Part shown: piece by piece, positions 36,639 to 46,394 of the stretch
Numbering within the stretch: the stretch's first letter is position 1
Layout of the letters: every line of letters begins with the position of its first letter
Origin: Alphaproteobacteria bacterium
GTDB taxonomy: Bacteria > Pseudomonadota > Alphaproteobacteria > CACZRW01
DNA: 64,000 nt
Assembly: GCA_017507765.1 (NCBI GenBank)
Contig: JAFWAG010000032.1
Span: 20,919-84,918, forward strand
Direction of reading: 5' to 3'
The notes under the pieces: generated by a model
What the model was told of the DNA's origin: nothing
The model's database searches: none
Seen by the model: only the letters and a program-made list of their open reading frames with translations
Translations under genes and position numbers: made by a program

Positions 36639-38099
36639 TTACGGCTGAGCATTATTGCCTCCGCCTTTTTTCATTGCCGCCAACATGGCTAAACCAACAC
36701 CGCCTTGAGCTATCAATGCACCCGCTCTCATAAGGCGGCTCATCGCCTTACTGAATACCGCCGAGTTTGCTTTTGCTCCCGCAAACTGCGCCGCCATGCG
36801 GTTCATCGTGCCGATAAGCTTTATCAAATAAAGACCCAAGAATATCATCAAAAACATAGCTATCGGGAAGTTAAGGTTCGATTCAACAAACTTTGGATTG
36901 GCATCAATAATCTTTCCCGTCTCCATATAGCATATATCACCTACGGAACTTTTATCTCCGACCATAAGCTCATCAGATACACATTTCCAAAGGCTGTCGG
37001 ATTTATAGCCAACTACGCAAGTTTCCTTTTCTTCACCAATAGTGGTTTTATATTTTATACAGGTTCTGGGCATAACAACGCCAGAGGACGGATCCAACAT
37101 TTCATCTTGTCTGGAAACATATCCTTGTAAAACTTCCGGTTGATTCAAAATCAGCTTTTCCGGATCAAAGATATCCAGCTTCATAGTAAACTGTACCATG
37201 ATTTCTATCGCTAAGATTAGGAAGATAGCTATCATCACTATTTGCATAAACGTGGATAGGAAAATGTTCCAACCGACAATGGCGTATTGCCGCAAAAGCT
37301 TAAACGGCCAAAAGGCGATAAATATCGGCAGTAAGACAAATGCAATGCCAAGCTTGAACAAGCCGTCAACAATATAAAACGGGAAAAGAAAGTTCAAAAC
37401 ACCGAAAACAAGGAAGATGCAAATACCGAAAACTACGGCAATAAAGTCTCCGCTAGCTATCATTTTCTGGGCAAAAAAGTTACCGTACACCATGCGGGTA
37501 TGCATCTTTGCTATCAGACAGGAAAACGCATCGGATACGCCTTGCTGTAAAGCGTGGCCGCTGTCAATAACCATACTGTCAAAGGTATTGTTACAAGCAC
37601 TGTAATTAGTTCCATAACTGCCAAAACCGGAATTGATTACCGCCAGCGATAAATCAATAAATCCTTGGAAGACCGGCACAATCGTATAGCTTATCAGAGC
37701 AAAAATCGTATCTGCGCTCATCAGCAAAACGCCGCAGCATAAAACCGCAAAACTGGTTTTAAGCGAGTCGGTCCAGAACTGATTAACATCAGGCATTTTA
37801 TAGCTTAAAAACAATTTGCCGACATGGAAGAGTATCCAAATCGCAAAGCTTATCGCCATTAAAGCAAGCGCACCGTTCGCTATTTCATGATAAAAGACGA
37901 TAATCAAACTGTCCAAAGCGGCAAAAATCGTTTTGAAGATTGAGCAGCTCCAACAATGGCTCATATAGTCTTTTTCCAGTTCTTCCAAAGAAACGTCATA
38001 ATCCTTTGGGTTGCAGCCGGACAAAAGCAAGCAGGCTACTATTCCCACAAACAGGAAAAGCAGTTTAAAAAGCATCTCTTTTTTTTGTTTTTTATCCAT
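36639..38099 (-). CDS. virB6: VirB6/TrbL-like T4SS membrane protein, paralog 4 (lipoprotein-type signal peptide)
   Basis: 486 aa; LLSGC lipobox; MSHCWSCSIFKTIFAALD motif; multiple TM. Confidence 0.65.
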   Translation of the reverse strand: MDKKQKKEMLFKLLFLFVGIVACLLLSGCNPKDYDVSLEELEKDYMSHCWSCSIFKTIFAALDSLIIVFYHEIANGALALMAISFAIWILFHVGKLFLSYKMPDVNQFWTDSLKTSFAVLCCGVLLMSADTIFALISYTIVPVFQGFIDLSLAVINSGFGSYGTNYSACNNTFDSMVIDSGHALQQGVSDAFSCLIAKMHTRMVYGNFFAQKMIASGDFIAVVFGICIFLVFGVLNFLFPFYIVDGLFKLGIAFVLLPIFIAFWPFKLLRQYAIVGWNIFLSTFMQIVMIAIFLILAIEIMVQFTMKLDIFDPEKLILNQPEVLQGYVSRQDEMLDPSSGVVMPRTCIKYKTTIGEEKETCVVGYKSDSLWKCVSDELMVGDKSSVGDICYMETGKIIDANPKFVESNLNFPIAMFLMIFLGLYLIKLIGTMNRMAAQFAGAKANSAVFSKAMSRLMRAGALIAQGGVGLAMLAAMKKGGGNNAQP

Positions 38100-38118
38100 G
38101 CTTTACTTTCCTTTACAG

Positions 38119-40581
38119 CTATGACCGAGTTGCTTCCGAAGCTTTAATTGCGCTCTGATAATTTGCGAATTGAGTTTCACTCATCGTCAGAACCCGCTTT
38201 ACATCTTCACTGCCGTTAGCAATCCGTTCATAAACCTTTTGCTCTTCATAGGTAGTGGCCGTGCCTTGGCGGACTTTTGCCACTAAGTCTACATCATTTT
38301 TCATTTTATAAAAACTGTTGCCGTCAAGAGCGTTCATTTCCGCAAGACGCTGCTCGGAAGTCGTTCCGGTTATACCGTAAACTTCGCCTTTATAAACCAA
38401 AGCCTCTCTTTCCGCTGCGGACATTCTTTCAACCGCATCGGCACCGTAAACATTGCGGAGTATTTGAGCATTTCTATATGCTTGTTCGGCACTGTTTACC
38501 CCACCAATACCTTCGTTATAGATACTGTTGGCATTGGCATTACGACGCAAAGCAATTTTTGCCTGTAAAGATTCCCGGGTGGAATAAGAACCGTCTACAT
38601 TTAAGGCTTTCTTCGCCAATTCGATATCCTGCGGTACGGCATTAAAAGAAGCACTGTTCATACCGGCGTATCTTGAAGTTTTTGCATCGGCAACATAGGT
38701 ATTATATCCGGCGCTTGAAGCACTGCCGGAACCTGAACCTCCGCCTGCCCCACCACTGCCGGAGCTGGAAGAGCCGCCGCCTTTATATCTTTGTTTAGGT
38801 GCAGCGCCCATAGAGCTAATCATACTCCGGCTAGCACGCCAGTTGGCTAAACGACCGTTGCCTTTTTGAGATTCCAGAACTCCCATTGTCGCAGAGGCTT
38901 GGGTTACAACCGCAGCGACATTGGCGCTTACCATGCCTAAGCGGTCGCCAATGTCTGAGCCTATGGAAACGTTGGAAAAGTCTGTCGCAATCTGATCAAT
39001 CAAAGATAAAATCTTTATGGCAAAAACACAGCAAATAGCCGCAATGATGAAGTTAAAGGTGGAAAATTGTATTGCTTCATTCATTTTGTATACTTGGTTC
39101 GTGTTAAAGTAATCCTGCAAGGTTGAGGCTTCTTTTAGAAGCGTACTGCTGGATATGGTTTCACTGTTACCGCCAAAAGCTATTTCCACCAAAGCTATCG
39201 CTAATGACAAGACTATAGCCATGGAAATAAATACCATCACGACATGAAGCAAAAGATAGAAACCTTTTTTCGCAAACTCTATCGTTGGCGGAAATACCCA
39301 CGCAACAATTAACATCGGCAATAAAACCAATAAAAATCCCAACCGGAAACAAGCGTCTATCAGTTTAAAGACAAAAAGCAATGTCAAAAGGAAACAAACT
39401 AGCCAAATGACAACGCCCGTAAACAACATTTTAAGACTGGGGAATTGAACCGGTAAAATACCGGACTGTTCCGCCGTCCAAGCATGGCATAAAATCGAAG
39501 ATGACATGGCAAGTCCATAGGCGGTAGTATTATATAAATTACCGACCATACACATAAGTGCGTTATAAAGCTGACTGTTCAAAGCGGCGTTTTCCGTGCC
39601 GGACGGTTCGGTTTCCATAAGAACACAATAATGCGGAAGCATACTTACACCCAGAAGACCTATAATAGCATCGTTCTGGTCTTGCTCCATAGCTTGAATC
39701 TCGCTCTCTTTCTTTCTATCTAAGTCATGGATAGCCGCCTGACAATGGACAGAAAGCGTACAGGCTCCTTCCGGAGGATTGGCTTTACATTCGTTACATT
39801 CTGCTTTTTGTTTCGCATTCATTAATATATCCAACCCACCACATGGAGAAGCACAGGCATAACGAGCGTACACTTCGTTCTTTTGCAAGCGGTATTTTTC
39901 TTCTATCTGTTGCCTTTCCACCTGATAATTACGGTCTAAGTCGGAAATCTGGTCAGCGTTGGGACGTATCTTATCCGTTCCGGTAAAGCCTTGGGTAACC
40001 GCCATGCTGACTTCTGTCGCTCCGACAATTATGGGCGAAATCAATAAATCCGTAACCATGCTGACCGGCTGAACAAGGATTGCTCCGGCAAGCATTGCTT
40101 TGCACAAAATGGAAATAATGCCTTCAAAAAACTCAACCGGATTTTGTTCCGCCAGAGAACCGATATACCTGCCGACCTGAATAATCAGCCAAATACCAAG
40201 GAATACAGTTAAAATCTCTATACAGCCATGGGCTATTTTGTTGTAAACCGCCGTGGCTAAGGTGTTAATTGAACGGAAAATCGTATCAAATAAAGTACAC
40301 GCCCAACAATTATTGACATGAGCAAGCAGAACCGAACCGCTTGCCGGACAGTCGCCGTGCAAAGCATCACTGTAAACTGCGGCGGATTGCCCAATGTCTT
40401 GAGCCCCTTCGGTGATAATTTCGTTGGCTCCGCTGACAACGTCATCAACGGTTTCTGTTTGCGTCTCGGTCGTATACTGCGTACCGGTTGTCTGAGCAAA
40501 GACAGGAGCGGACATCAGCCATAAAGCTATGGCTGCGCATGATATAGCCTTGATAAAAAATGTCTTTGGCAATTTTATCAT
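38119..40581 (-). CDS. virB6: VirB6/TrbL-like T4SS membrane protein, paralog 3, with long Gly/Ser-rich hydrophilic C-terminal extension
   Basis: 820 aa; signal peptide; VNNCWACTLFDTIFRSIN motif; about 6 TM; C-terminal GGGSSSSGSGGAGGGSGSGS plus about 200-aa hydrophilic tail. Confidence 0.65.
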   Translation of the reverse strand: MIKLPKTFFIKAISCAAIALWLMSAPVFAQTTGTQYTTETQTETVDDVVSGANEIITEGAQDIGQSAAVYSDALHGDCPASGSVLLAHVNNCWACTLFDTIFRSINTLATAVYNKIAHGCIEILTVFLGIWLIIQVGRYIGSLAEQNPVEFFEGIISILCKAMLAGAILVQPVSMVTDLLISPIIVGATEVSMAVTQGFTGTDKIRPNADQISDLDRNYQVERQQIEEKYRLQKNEVYARYACASPCGGLDILMNAKQKAECNECKANPPEGACTLSVHCQAAIHDLDRKKESEIQAMEQDQNDAIIGLLGVSMLPHYCVLMETEPSGTENAALNSQLYNALMCMVGNLYNTTAYGLAMSSSILCHAWTAEQSGILPVQFPSLKMLFTGVVIWLVCFLLTLLFVFKLIDACFRLGFLLVLLPMLIVAWVFPPTIEFAKKGFYLLLHVVMVFISMAIVLSLAIALVEIAFGGNSETISSSTLLKEASTLQDYFNTNQVYKMNEAIQFSTFNFIIAAICCVFAIKILSLIDQIATDFSNVSIGSDIGDRLGMVSANVAAVVTQASATMGVLESQKGNGRLANWRASRSMISSMGAAPKQRYKGGGSSSSGSGGAGGGSGSGSASSAGYNTYVADAKTSRYAGMNSASFNAVPQDIELAKKALNVDGSYSTRESLQAKIALRRNANANSIYNEGIGGVNSAEQAYRNAQILRNVYGADAVERMSAAEREALVYKGEVYGITGTTSEQRLAEMNALDGNSFYKMKNDVDLVAKVRQGTATTYEEQKVYERIANGSEDVKRVLTMSETQFANYQSAIKASEATRS

Positions 40582-40672
40582 CGCTTTGTCCTTTTAAAAA
40601 GCCTCCTATCCTTCAAATATTATAACCTTTTTCCCGTTCCTTTAGTATGACAGTTTTTTGATTCCTATCCCT

Positions 40673-42715
40673 TTATGGAGTAACCATATCCTGCTCTCTG
40701 GCATACTTTGTGTAATCTAATCTGTCTTTAGCACTTGGAACAGCATCTCTTATTTCATTAATCTTATTAACATTCTTGGAGAATGATGCCTGTTCTTCCG
40801 GCGACAAACGATCATAATAACGTTGTTTAAGCTTCTGATATTCAAGCTTTCCTTCAAGCTTGTCCAGTCTTTCACGAGCAGCGTCTTGAGCCTCTGGTGA
40901 ATGTCTGCCGCTGGTATCGTTAATAATCATCATCTGATCCGACATTTCTTTAACCCTCTTAAAGTCGTCTTCGGCTATATTCAACAAAGAGGCGTTATGA
41001 GAATTAAACTTGCCGGTAGATTGATTATACAATACATCGTCCATTAATTTTGCTTGATAATTAGGAATATCAGGCTTAGTTCTTTCGGGTTCCGTATCAT
41101 TATGAGTATCCGGAACAACATCTTTCTTCGATGAAGACGACGATTTACTGTTCTTTACGCTTATCGCCATAATCGTTGCCGTAGCTTGCAGAGTCGTTGC
41201 CGTTACATAAGAAGCCATAGCACCGACTTTATCTCCTGCCTGCGAGCCAAACTCTACTTCCGTGTATTCACTGGCGGTTTTATCAACAACGTTCATTACC
41301 TTTACGCCAAAGAAACAGCAGGCAAAGGCAAAGAAGAACGATGAGCCGGATAAATCCATAGCGTCCCTAAGGCCTTGGATATCGTTAAGCATACACATCT
41401 GCCGCAAGTTTTCGTTTTCAAGCTCGAATGCCGTTATAAGCATAAGTATTGCCAAGGCTATGACTATCGCCAAGACAATGAAGTTCATCATAACATGAAC
41501 CAACATCTTGAAGCCTTGTTTCGCATAGTTCATAGATGACGGGAAAACCCATGCGACAATCAAAAACGGTAAAACTGAAGCTAAAATACCCAAACGAATA
41601 AGTGCGTCCAATACTTTGAAAACAAAGACAACCAAAATTATCAGACAGGTAAGCCAAATCATAATACCGGATATCAGCATAACAAAATCCGGACCGTTAA
41701 AGAAGAAATACGATGCTGCGTGCCAAGATTTACAAATAATCGCAGACGCAAACGCCATACCAAACGATACTTCTTTGTGTATCATCTCGGTCAAACACCC
41801 AAGAGCATTATAAATCTGCGTGTTAAGCATACGGCCTTCGTCCATATCCGGCTCTGCCAACGAAAGAGAACAACCGCTCATGGTCGCAAATGACGGGGCA
41901 GCAGAAAGGTTTTCGTAGGCGTCCATTTCTTCAAGCCACCTTAAAACGATACCAAACGCCGCATGGGTATTTATACCAAGAGGAAGAGTCAACGGGAAAG
42001 AAGAATAAATGTCGGCGGTAAACTGTCCGGTTTCCGATATTAAACGCCACATATTGCGCTGGTCTTTGGAAATCGCATCATAAAAAAGCGGCTTATCAAG
42101 TTCGGTTTTCCGGCTAAGCGTTTCCGTGGTTTCATCAAGTCCGGCATAGCTTTTTATAATAACTTGGTTAAACTCTACCGCTCCGACGACAATCGGCGAA
42201 ATCAACAGGTTGGATACATAGCTTATCGGCATGGTTAAAAGCGCACCGGCAAACATGGCTTTGAACAATGTCTTGCCCATTTTCGTCCAAAAGTCAGCAG
42301 GCTCTTGCGGACTGAAAGACATAAGATGTTTGCCAAGGTGATACAAAAGCCAAAGTCCAAGCAAAACCGTTAAAACCATCCGGCTTGGTCCGGCGGTAAG
42401 TTCATAAACTCCGGTACTTACCGTATCAATGGCATCAAAAATCTTTTCCACCAAAAAACAAGACCAACAGTTTGATACATGGTCGGCAACAATCTGGCTG
42501 CAAGTATCACAGTCGCCCAAAATTACTTTAACGACATTGTCATACATATCGTTAATGTTGGCGCCCATCCGGATTAAAGACAGGAACGTATCACGCAGAA
42601 TATTAACATCGGCAACTTCATCGGCGGCAAAAGAGCGCAAAGGAGCAAGAACAGAAGCAACAAACGCCGCAACTGCCGGAAGATATCTTTTAATGATGTT
42701 TTTCATTATCATCAT
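40673..42715 (-). CDS. virB6: VirB6/TrbL-like T4SS membrane protein, paralog 2, with hydrophilic C-terminal extension
   Basis: 680 aa; signal peptide; VSNCWSCFLVEKIFDAID motif; multiple TM; about 170-aa charged C-terminal tail. Confidence 0.65.
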   Translation of the reverse strand: MMIMKNIIKRYLPAVAAFVASVLAPLRSFAADEVADVNILRDTFLSLIRMGANINDMYDNVVKVILGDCDTCSQIVADHVSNCWSCFLVEKIFDAIDTVSTGVYELTAGPSRMVLTVLLGLWLLYHLGKHLMSFSPQEPADFWTKMGKTLFKAMFAGALLTMPISYVSNLLISPIVVGAVEFNQVIIKSYAGLDETTETLSRKTELDKPLFYDAISKDQRNMWRLISETGQFTADIYSSFPLTLPLGINTHAAFGIVLRWLEEMDAYENLSAAPSFATMSGCSLSLAEPDMDEGRMLNTQIYNALGCLTEMIHKEVSFGMAFASAIICKSWHAASYFFFNGPDFVMLISGIMIWLTCLIILVVFVFKVLDALIRLGILASVLPFLIVAWVFPSSMNYAKQGFKMLVHVMMNFIVLAIVIALAILMLITAFELENENLRQMCMLNDIQGLRDAMDLSGSSFFFAFACCFFGVKVMNVVDKTASEYTEVEFGSQAGDKVGAMASYVTATTLQATATIMAISVKNSKSSSSSKKDVVPDTHNDTEPERTKPDIPNYQAKLMDDVLYNQSTGKFNSHNASLLNIAEDDFKRVKEMSDQMMIINDTSGRHSPEAQDAARERLDKLEGKLEYQKLKQRYYDRLSPEEQASFSKNVNKINEIRDAVPSAKDRLDYTKYAREQDMVTP

Positions 42716-42723
42716 TTCAACCT

Positions 42724-44454
42724 TTACCCCGGATCCGAAAACAGCTTTTTACCCGTATTGGCAACCAACGAAGCACTTGACTGACCTATGGTAGCCAACG
42801 AACGACCTGCCGAAGCACCCATTTTATCGCCGACAGCATTACCAAAACCGGCACCCGCAACCGAAGAAAACTCTAAGCTGACATTGTCGACAATACCAAC
42901 AATTAAAATCGCAAAGACGAAACAAGCCAAAGCAACCAACATACTGGTACCGGAAAGATTCAAGTTCTTTGCCAGTTCTTCTATGTGGTTTAAGTAAAAC
43001 AGCGTGCGGATATCGTTAACTCCCGCCTGACCGGCATCGCCTTGGAATGCCATCATAACCAGTAAAATTGCCAACGCTAAGATAATGGCCAAGATGATAA
43101 ACATCATCACGATATGAACCAGCGATTTAAATCCTTGGCGTGCATAGCAAGATGTTGACGGGAATACCCAACAAATGATTAACAACGGCAGTAAAACACA
43201 TAAAATGCCAAGCCGCAAACAAGCGTCCAAAACCTTAAACGTGAAAATAAGCAGTAATAAGAAACTGGCGAGCCAGATTAAAGCTCCGGCGATGAAAGTT
43301 GGAATATCCGGATAGGAAATTACCGCATAGTGGTTAGCACCCTTGGCATAACAAACTATACACGAACCGACGGATATACCGAAGCTAAGCTCCTCTTGCA
43401 TATTTTTTACCATGCACATCAAAGCGGCTTTGATTTCCGGATTCAAGGCGCCGTACAAGGTTGCTTTATCTCCGCTTTCTTGAGCTGCGGCCATGGCGGC
43501 TTCGGCATCTTCGGCAACGTTATCCGTACAGTTGGTAAGAGAAGCAACATCTCTGCCGCCGCTTAAACGTCCCAAAGTTATAGATTTGTACATCTCGTCA
43601 AGCTGCCTATCCGCATCAACGCTTATCGCAACGCCGCCGGCAACAATAACAGCTCCGAAAGTAACAAAAACCGGATTTGCGGTTACGCTGCCGCCAAGCA
43701 TTGAAGCTCCGCCGACGGTACTGACGTAATCGGCGGCCTTGGAAATAGCGGCGATTTCCTCTTTGCGAGTTTCCATTTGCTCTTCCGTCCAGCGTTCGCC
43801 GGTCTTGCCGTCAACCAAATAGCTTTTGCCATACTCTGCCGACAAAGCCGCCTGCCCTCCGCTTTCATTGGCAAAACTGCGCACAACTACCGTAGAAAAC
43901 TCACTGGCGCCGACAATTATCGGCGATATAACAACTCCGGTAAAATGGCCTATGTTCAAGCTTAAAAACGCAAATGCAACTATCGCCTTTAAAAAGGTTC
44001 TTGCCATTTTTGTCCAAAACTCTTCCGGATCTTGGGGGACAAAGGCGCTGATGTGTCCTGCTATATGATACAAAATCCAAAACGCAAGCAAAAGCGCAAG
44101 CAAAGCCATAAAACCAGTTTTGGAAGCTTCAAAAACTGCGTAAGAAAGCTCATTTATCGCATCAAAAATGATGCTGAACATACGGCATGACCAACAATCT
44201 AAAAGATTGTCCGATAATACTTTGGCAGAATTGGGACAGGGGCCGGCAAAAAAGTTTAAAAAAGATTTGACCGCATCGTTAATGCTGCCTCCGGTCGCAT
44301 CGACAACGCCGTCAATAAAGCCCGCCGCCATTTGACCAAGGCTTTCCAAAAACGTCATGTCATCGCTTTGGGCGCGAGCCGTCCCCGGCATCAGCAAAAC
44401 AAGCAGTGCAAACAGTAATCCGGGGAAGCCGGCTATAATCTTAAACTTTGTCAT
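42724..44454 (-). CDS. virB6: VirB6/TrbL-like T4SS membrane protein, paralog 1
   Basis: 576 aa; signal peptide MTKFKIIAGFPGLLFALLVLLMPGTARA; LLDCWSCRMFSIIFDAIN motif; multiple TM. Confidence 0.65.
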   Translation of the reverse strand: MTKFKIIAGFPGLLFALLVLLMPGTARAQSDDMTFLESLGQMAAGFIDGVVDATGGSINDAVKSFLNFFAGPCPNSAKVLSDNLLDCWSCRMFSIIFDAINELSYAVFEASKTGFMALLALLLAFWILYHIAGHISAFVPQDPEEFWTKMARTFLKAIVAFAFLSLNIGHFTGVVISPIIVGASEFSTVVVRSFANESGGQAALSAEYGKSYLVDGKTGERWTEEQMETRKEEIAAISKAADYVSTVGGASMLGGSVTANPVFVTFGAVIVAGGVAISVDADRQLDEMYKSITLGRLSGGRDVASLTNCTDNVAEDAEAAMAAAQESGDKATLYGALNPEIKAALMCMVKNMQEELSFGISVGSCIVCYAKGANHYAVISYPDIPTFIAGALIWLASFLLLLIFTFKVLDACLRLGILCVLLPLLIICWVFPSTSCYARQGFKSLVHIVMMFIILAIILALAILLVMMAFQGDAGQAGVNDIRTLFYLNHIEELAKNLNLSGTSMLVALACFVFAILIVGIVDNVSLEFSSVAGAGFGNAVGDKMGASAGRSLATIGQSSASLVANTGKKLFSDPG

Positions 44455-44622
44455 TACTTTATACTGTCCCCATTTTTACACTTTAATTTTATTATAATAC
44501 GAAAAAATGACAAGAAGTATGACACTTTTTTGATTTTCTTTTTTGAGAGATAATTTTGCTGGGAAAAAATTAAAACTACTTTAATATGTATTTTATAGAT
44601 TAACTTCCGTTAAAAGACCTTT
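44455..44622. promoter_or_regulatory. AT-rich divergent promoter region between the virB6 array (-) and a hypothetical gene (+)
   Basis: 168-bp AT-rich gap; palindromic ATTATAAT at 44491-44499 gives a TATAAT -10 on either strand about 35 bp upstream of the virB6 paralog-1 ATG; -35 elements are weak. Confidence 0.25.
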
Positions 44623-45327
44623 ATGGAGCAGATTATGCAAAATCCCGAAGATTTAGCCGACTACAGACAAAATACCATTTTTTTGTATATGACATTATAC
44701 AACATTGCCCAAAGACGCTGTAAAGAAGCCGGCATACCCTTCCCTTCCATTTCTTTATCTTTGGAGGATTTAAGAAACGTAGACCCTCTGAATTGGGACG
44801 ATATGCAGGGGGTTATGGATAATGCAAAAGAAATAATCCGATATTTAAAGGAAACAGGTCTTGGTCCGAAGTCATCGCCGGAAGAAAGAGAAGCTCTTAT
44901 CGAAGAAAACTTTGATGCCGATAATCCGGAAGGTGCTTTTTTACGGGAAATTATGGCAAGAAGTAGAAACTTTAAGACTTTTGCGGAAAAGCTTTCTTTG
45001 GTGGATACCTTCCTTCTGATTGAAGAGTCCAAAAACGAATTAGCCGCTATTGAAGAAACCAGAAAAGAAGTGATAGCTAAAGTGGCAAAAGAAATCGAAA
45101 AAGCCGGCTTCCCCGTTGATGGGCAAAAATTAATCACTAACTATATGAAAGCATACGAAAAAGATAAAAAGGAAGCTTTTAAAATCTTAACCACGAATCC
45201 GGCTATGTTTGCTCCTTTGCAAATGGATAAGGCAAAAAAAGGACTGTTCGGCGGAAAGCCAAAACCGGAAGAAGGGCATCGTATAAACAAAGAATTAGGA
45301 AGATTTTTAAAGCACCTAAAGATATAA
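44623..45327 (+). CDS. Hypothetical cytoplasmic protein (helical, Lys/Glu-rich; basic C-terminus)
   Basis: 234-aa ORF with good coding composition; no TM or signal peptide; ends GRFLKHLKI. Confidence 0.45.
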   Translation: MEQIMQNPEDLADYRQNTIFLYMTLYNIAQRRCKEAGIPFPSISLSLEDLRNVDPLNWDDMQGVMDNAKEIIRYLKETGLGPKSSPEEREALIEENFDADNPEGAFLREIMARSRNFKTFAEKLSLVDTFLLIEESKNELAAIEETRKEVIAKVAKEIEKAGFPVDGQKLITNYMKAYEKDKKEAFKILTTNPAMFAPLQMDKAKKGLFGGKPKPEEGHRINKELGRFLKHLKI

Positions 45328-45464
45328 AAGTACTTGATTTTTATATCTTTTTGCGCAACTCCAAAAAGTTTTCACAAAATATTAACAAAAAAATTAAAGA
45401 CAGAGGCATTCCTTTGTGATATGGTTGTATCATAACTTTTAAAGGGCTTTTAGGAGGTCTTAAA

Positions 45465-46394
45465 ATGAGCGAAGAAGAAAAGCTTGAGATTGATGAAACA
45501 ACTTCCGGTACTGGAGACGATGTAACCGGTGATACCGATACTACTGGAGCGGATACAGATACAGCTCCGGCAGAACCGGAAAATGATATGCCTTCACCGG
45601 AAGCAGAAAAGGTTGTTTACGGAGACGGTAGCGAAGGAGAACGTGAACGCGCCGAGCCGGAAACCGAGTCTGGAGATGAGACGGGAACAGAGCCGGAAGC
45701 GGAAAGAGAAAAAAATGTTCATGGTTCCGGAGAGCAAGAGGAAGGACGAGAGAAAAACGTCCATGGTGCCGAGCAGTCCGAAGAACGGGTCGGTGAACTT
45801 CACGACGAAGTTAATGATGATGAAAACGAATGGGCATATGAAAATGCGCAACAATACTTCGGTGATTTATTGCCTCGTCCGAATATTCCGAAATCTTCGA
45901 CAGCGGAAGATTTTGCCATTGATTTATTTGTAGAACTCGTCGCTGATTGGCCGAACAACTGTGTTGCGATATTAAGAGCAAATGCCTATAAAGAGCGGGT
46001 CGAAAAATTACGTTCCAGAGAAAACGGCATTCGGGAAAACTTGGCCAAGGGAATTAAAACCCAAATAAGTGCTTTGGAAGCCAACAACCAAGAATTGTTT
46101 ATAAAGACCGGTGCCGATATGTTGGCAAAAATGGAGTCTTTCTCGGCCGAAGAAAAGAGAACCTTTAAAAAGGGAATGCAGTCAATTGCTTATAATTTGC
46201 AGGAAATGGAGACTTTAAACCGCAATGATCCTCGTTATCTTTCTTTACAAAAGTCAAATAACGAATGGATGAAATATCTTGAACAGCGTACAGCAGGAAA
46301 ATCTGCTGTTGAAGTTTCCAAAAGAAGCCAGAAAGAGGCTCTGGACTTTATGCAGCAAACTTTCAATGCAAACAAACAAAATAACCGCGCTTAG
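45465..46394 (+). CDS. Hypothetical protein with strongly acidic, Thr/Gly/Glu-rich disordered N-terminal third
   Basis: 309-aa ORF; N-terminal TSGTGDDVTGDTDTTGADTDT...EREKNVHG repeats; helical C-terminal domain. Confidence 0.45.
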   Translation: MSEEEKLEIDETTSGTGDDVTGDTDTTGADTDTAPAEPENDMPSPEAEKVVYGDGSEGERERAEPETESGDETGTEPEAEREKNVHGSGEQEEGREKNVHGAEQSEERVGELHDEVNDDENEWAYENAQQYFGDLLPRPNIPKSSTAEDFAIDLFVELVADWPNNCVAILRANAYKERVEKLRSRENGIRENLAKGIKTQISALEANNQELFIKTGADMLAKMESFSAEEKRTFKKGMQSIAYNLQEMETLNRNDPRYLSLQKSNNEWMKYLEQRTAGKSAVEVSKRSQKEALDFMQQTFNANKQNNRA

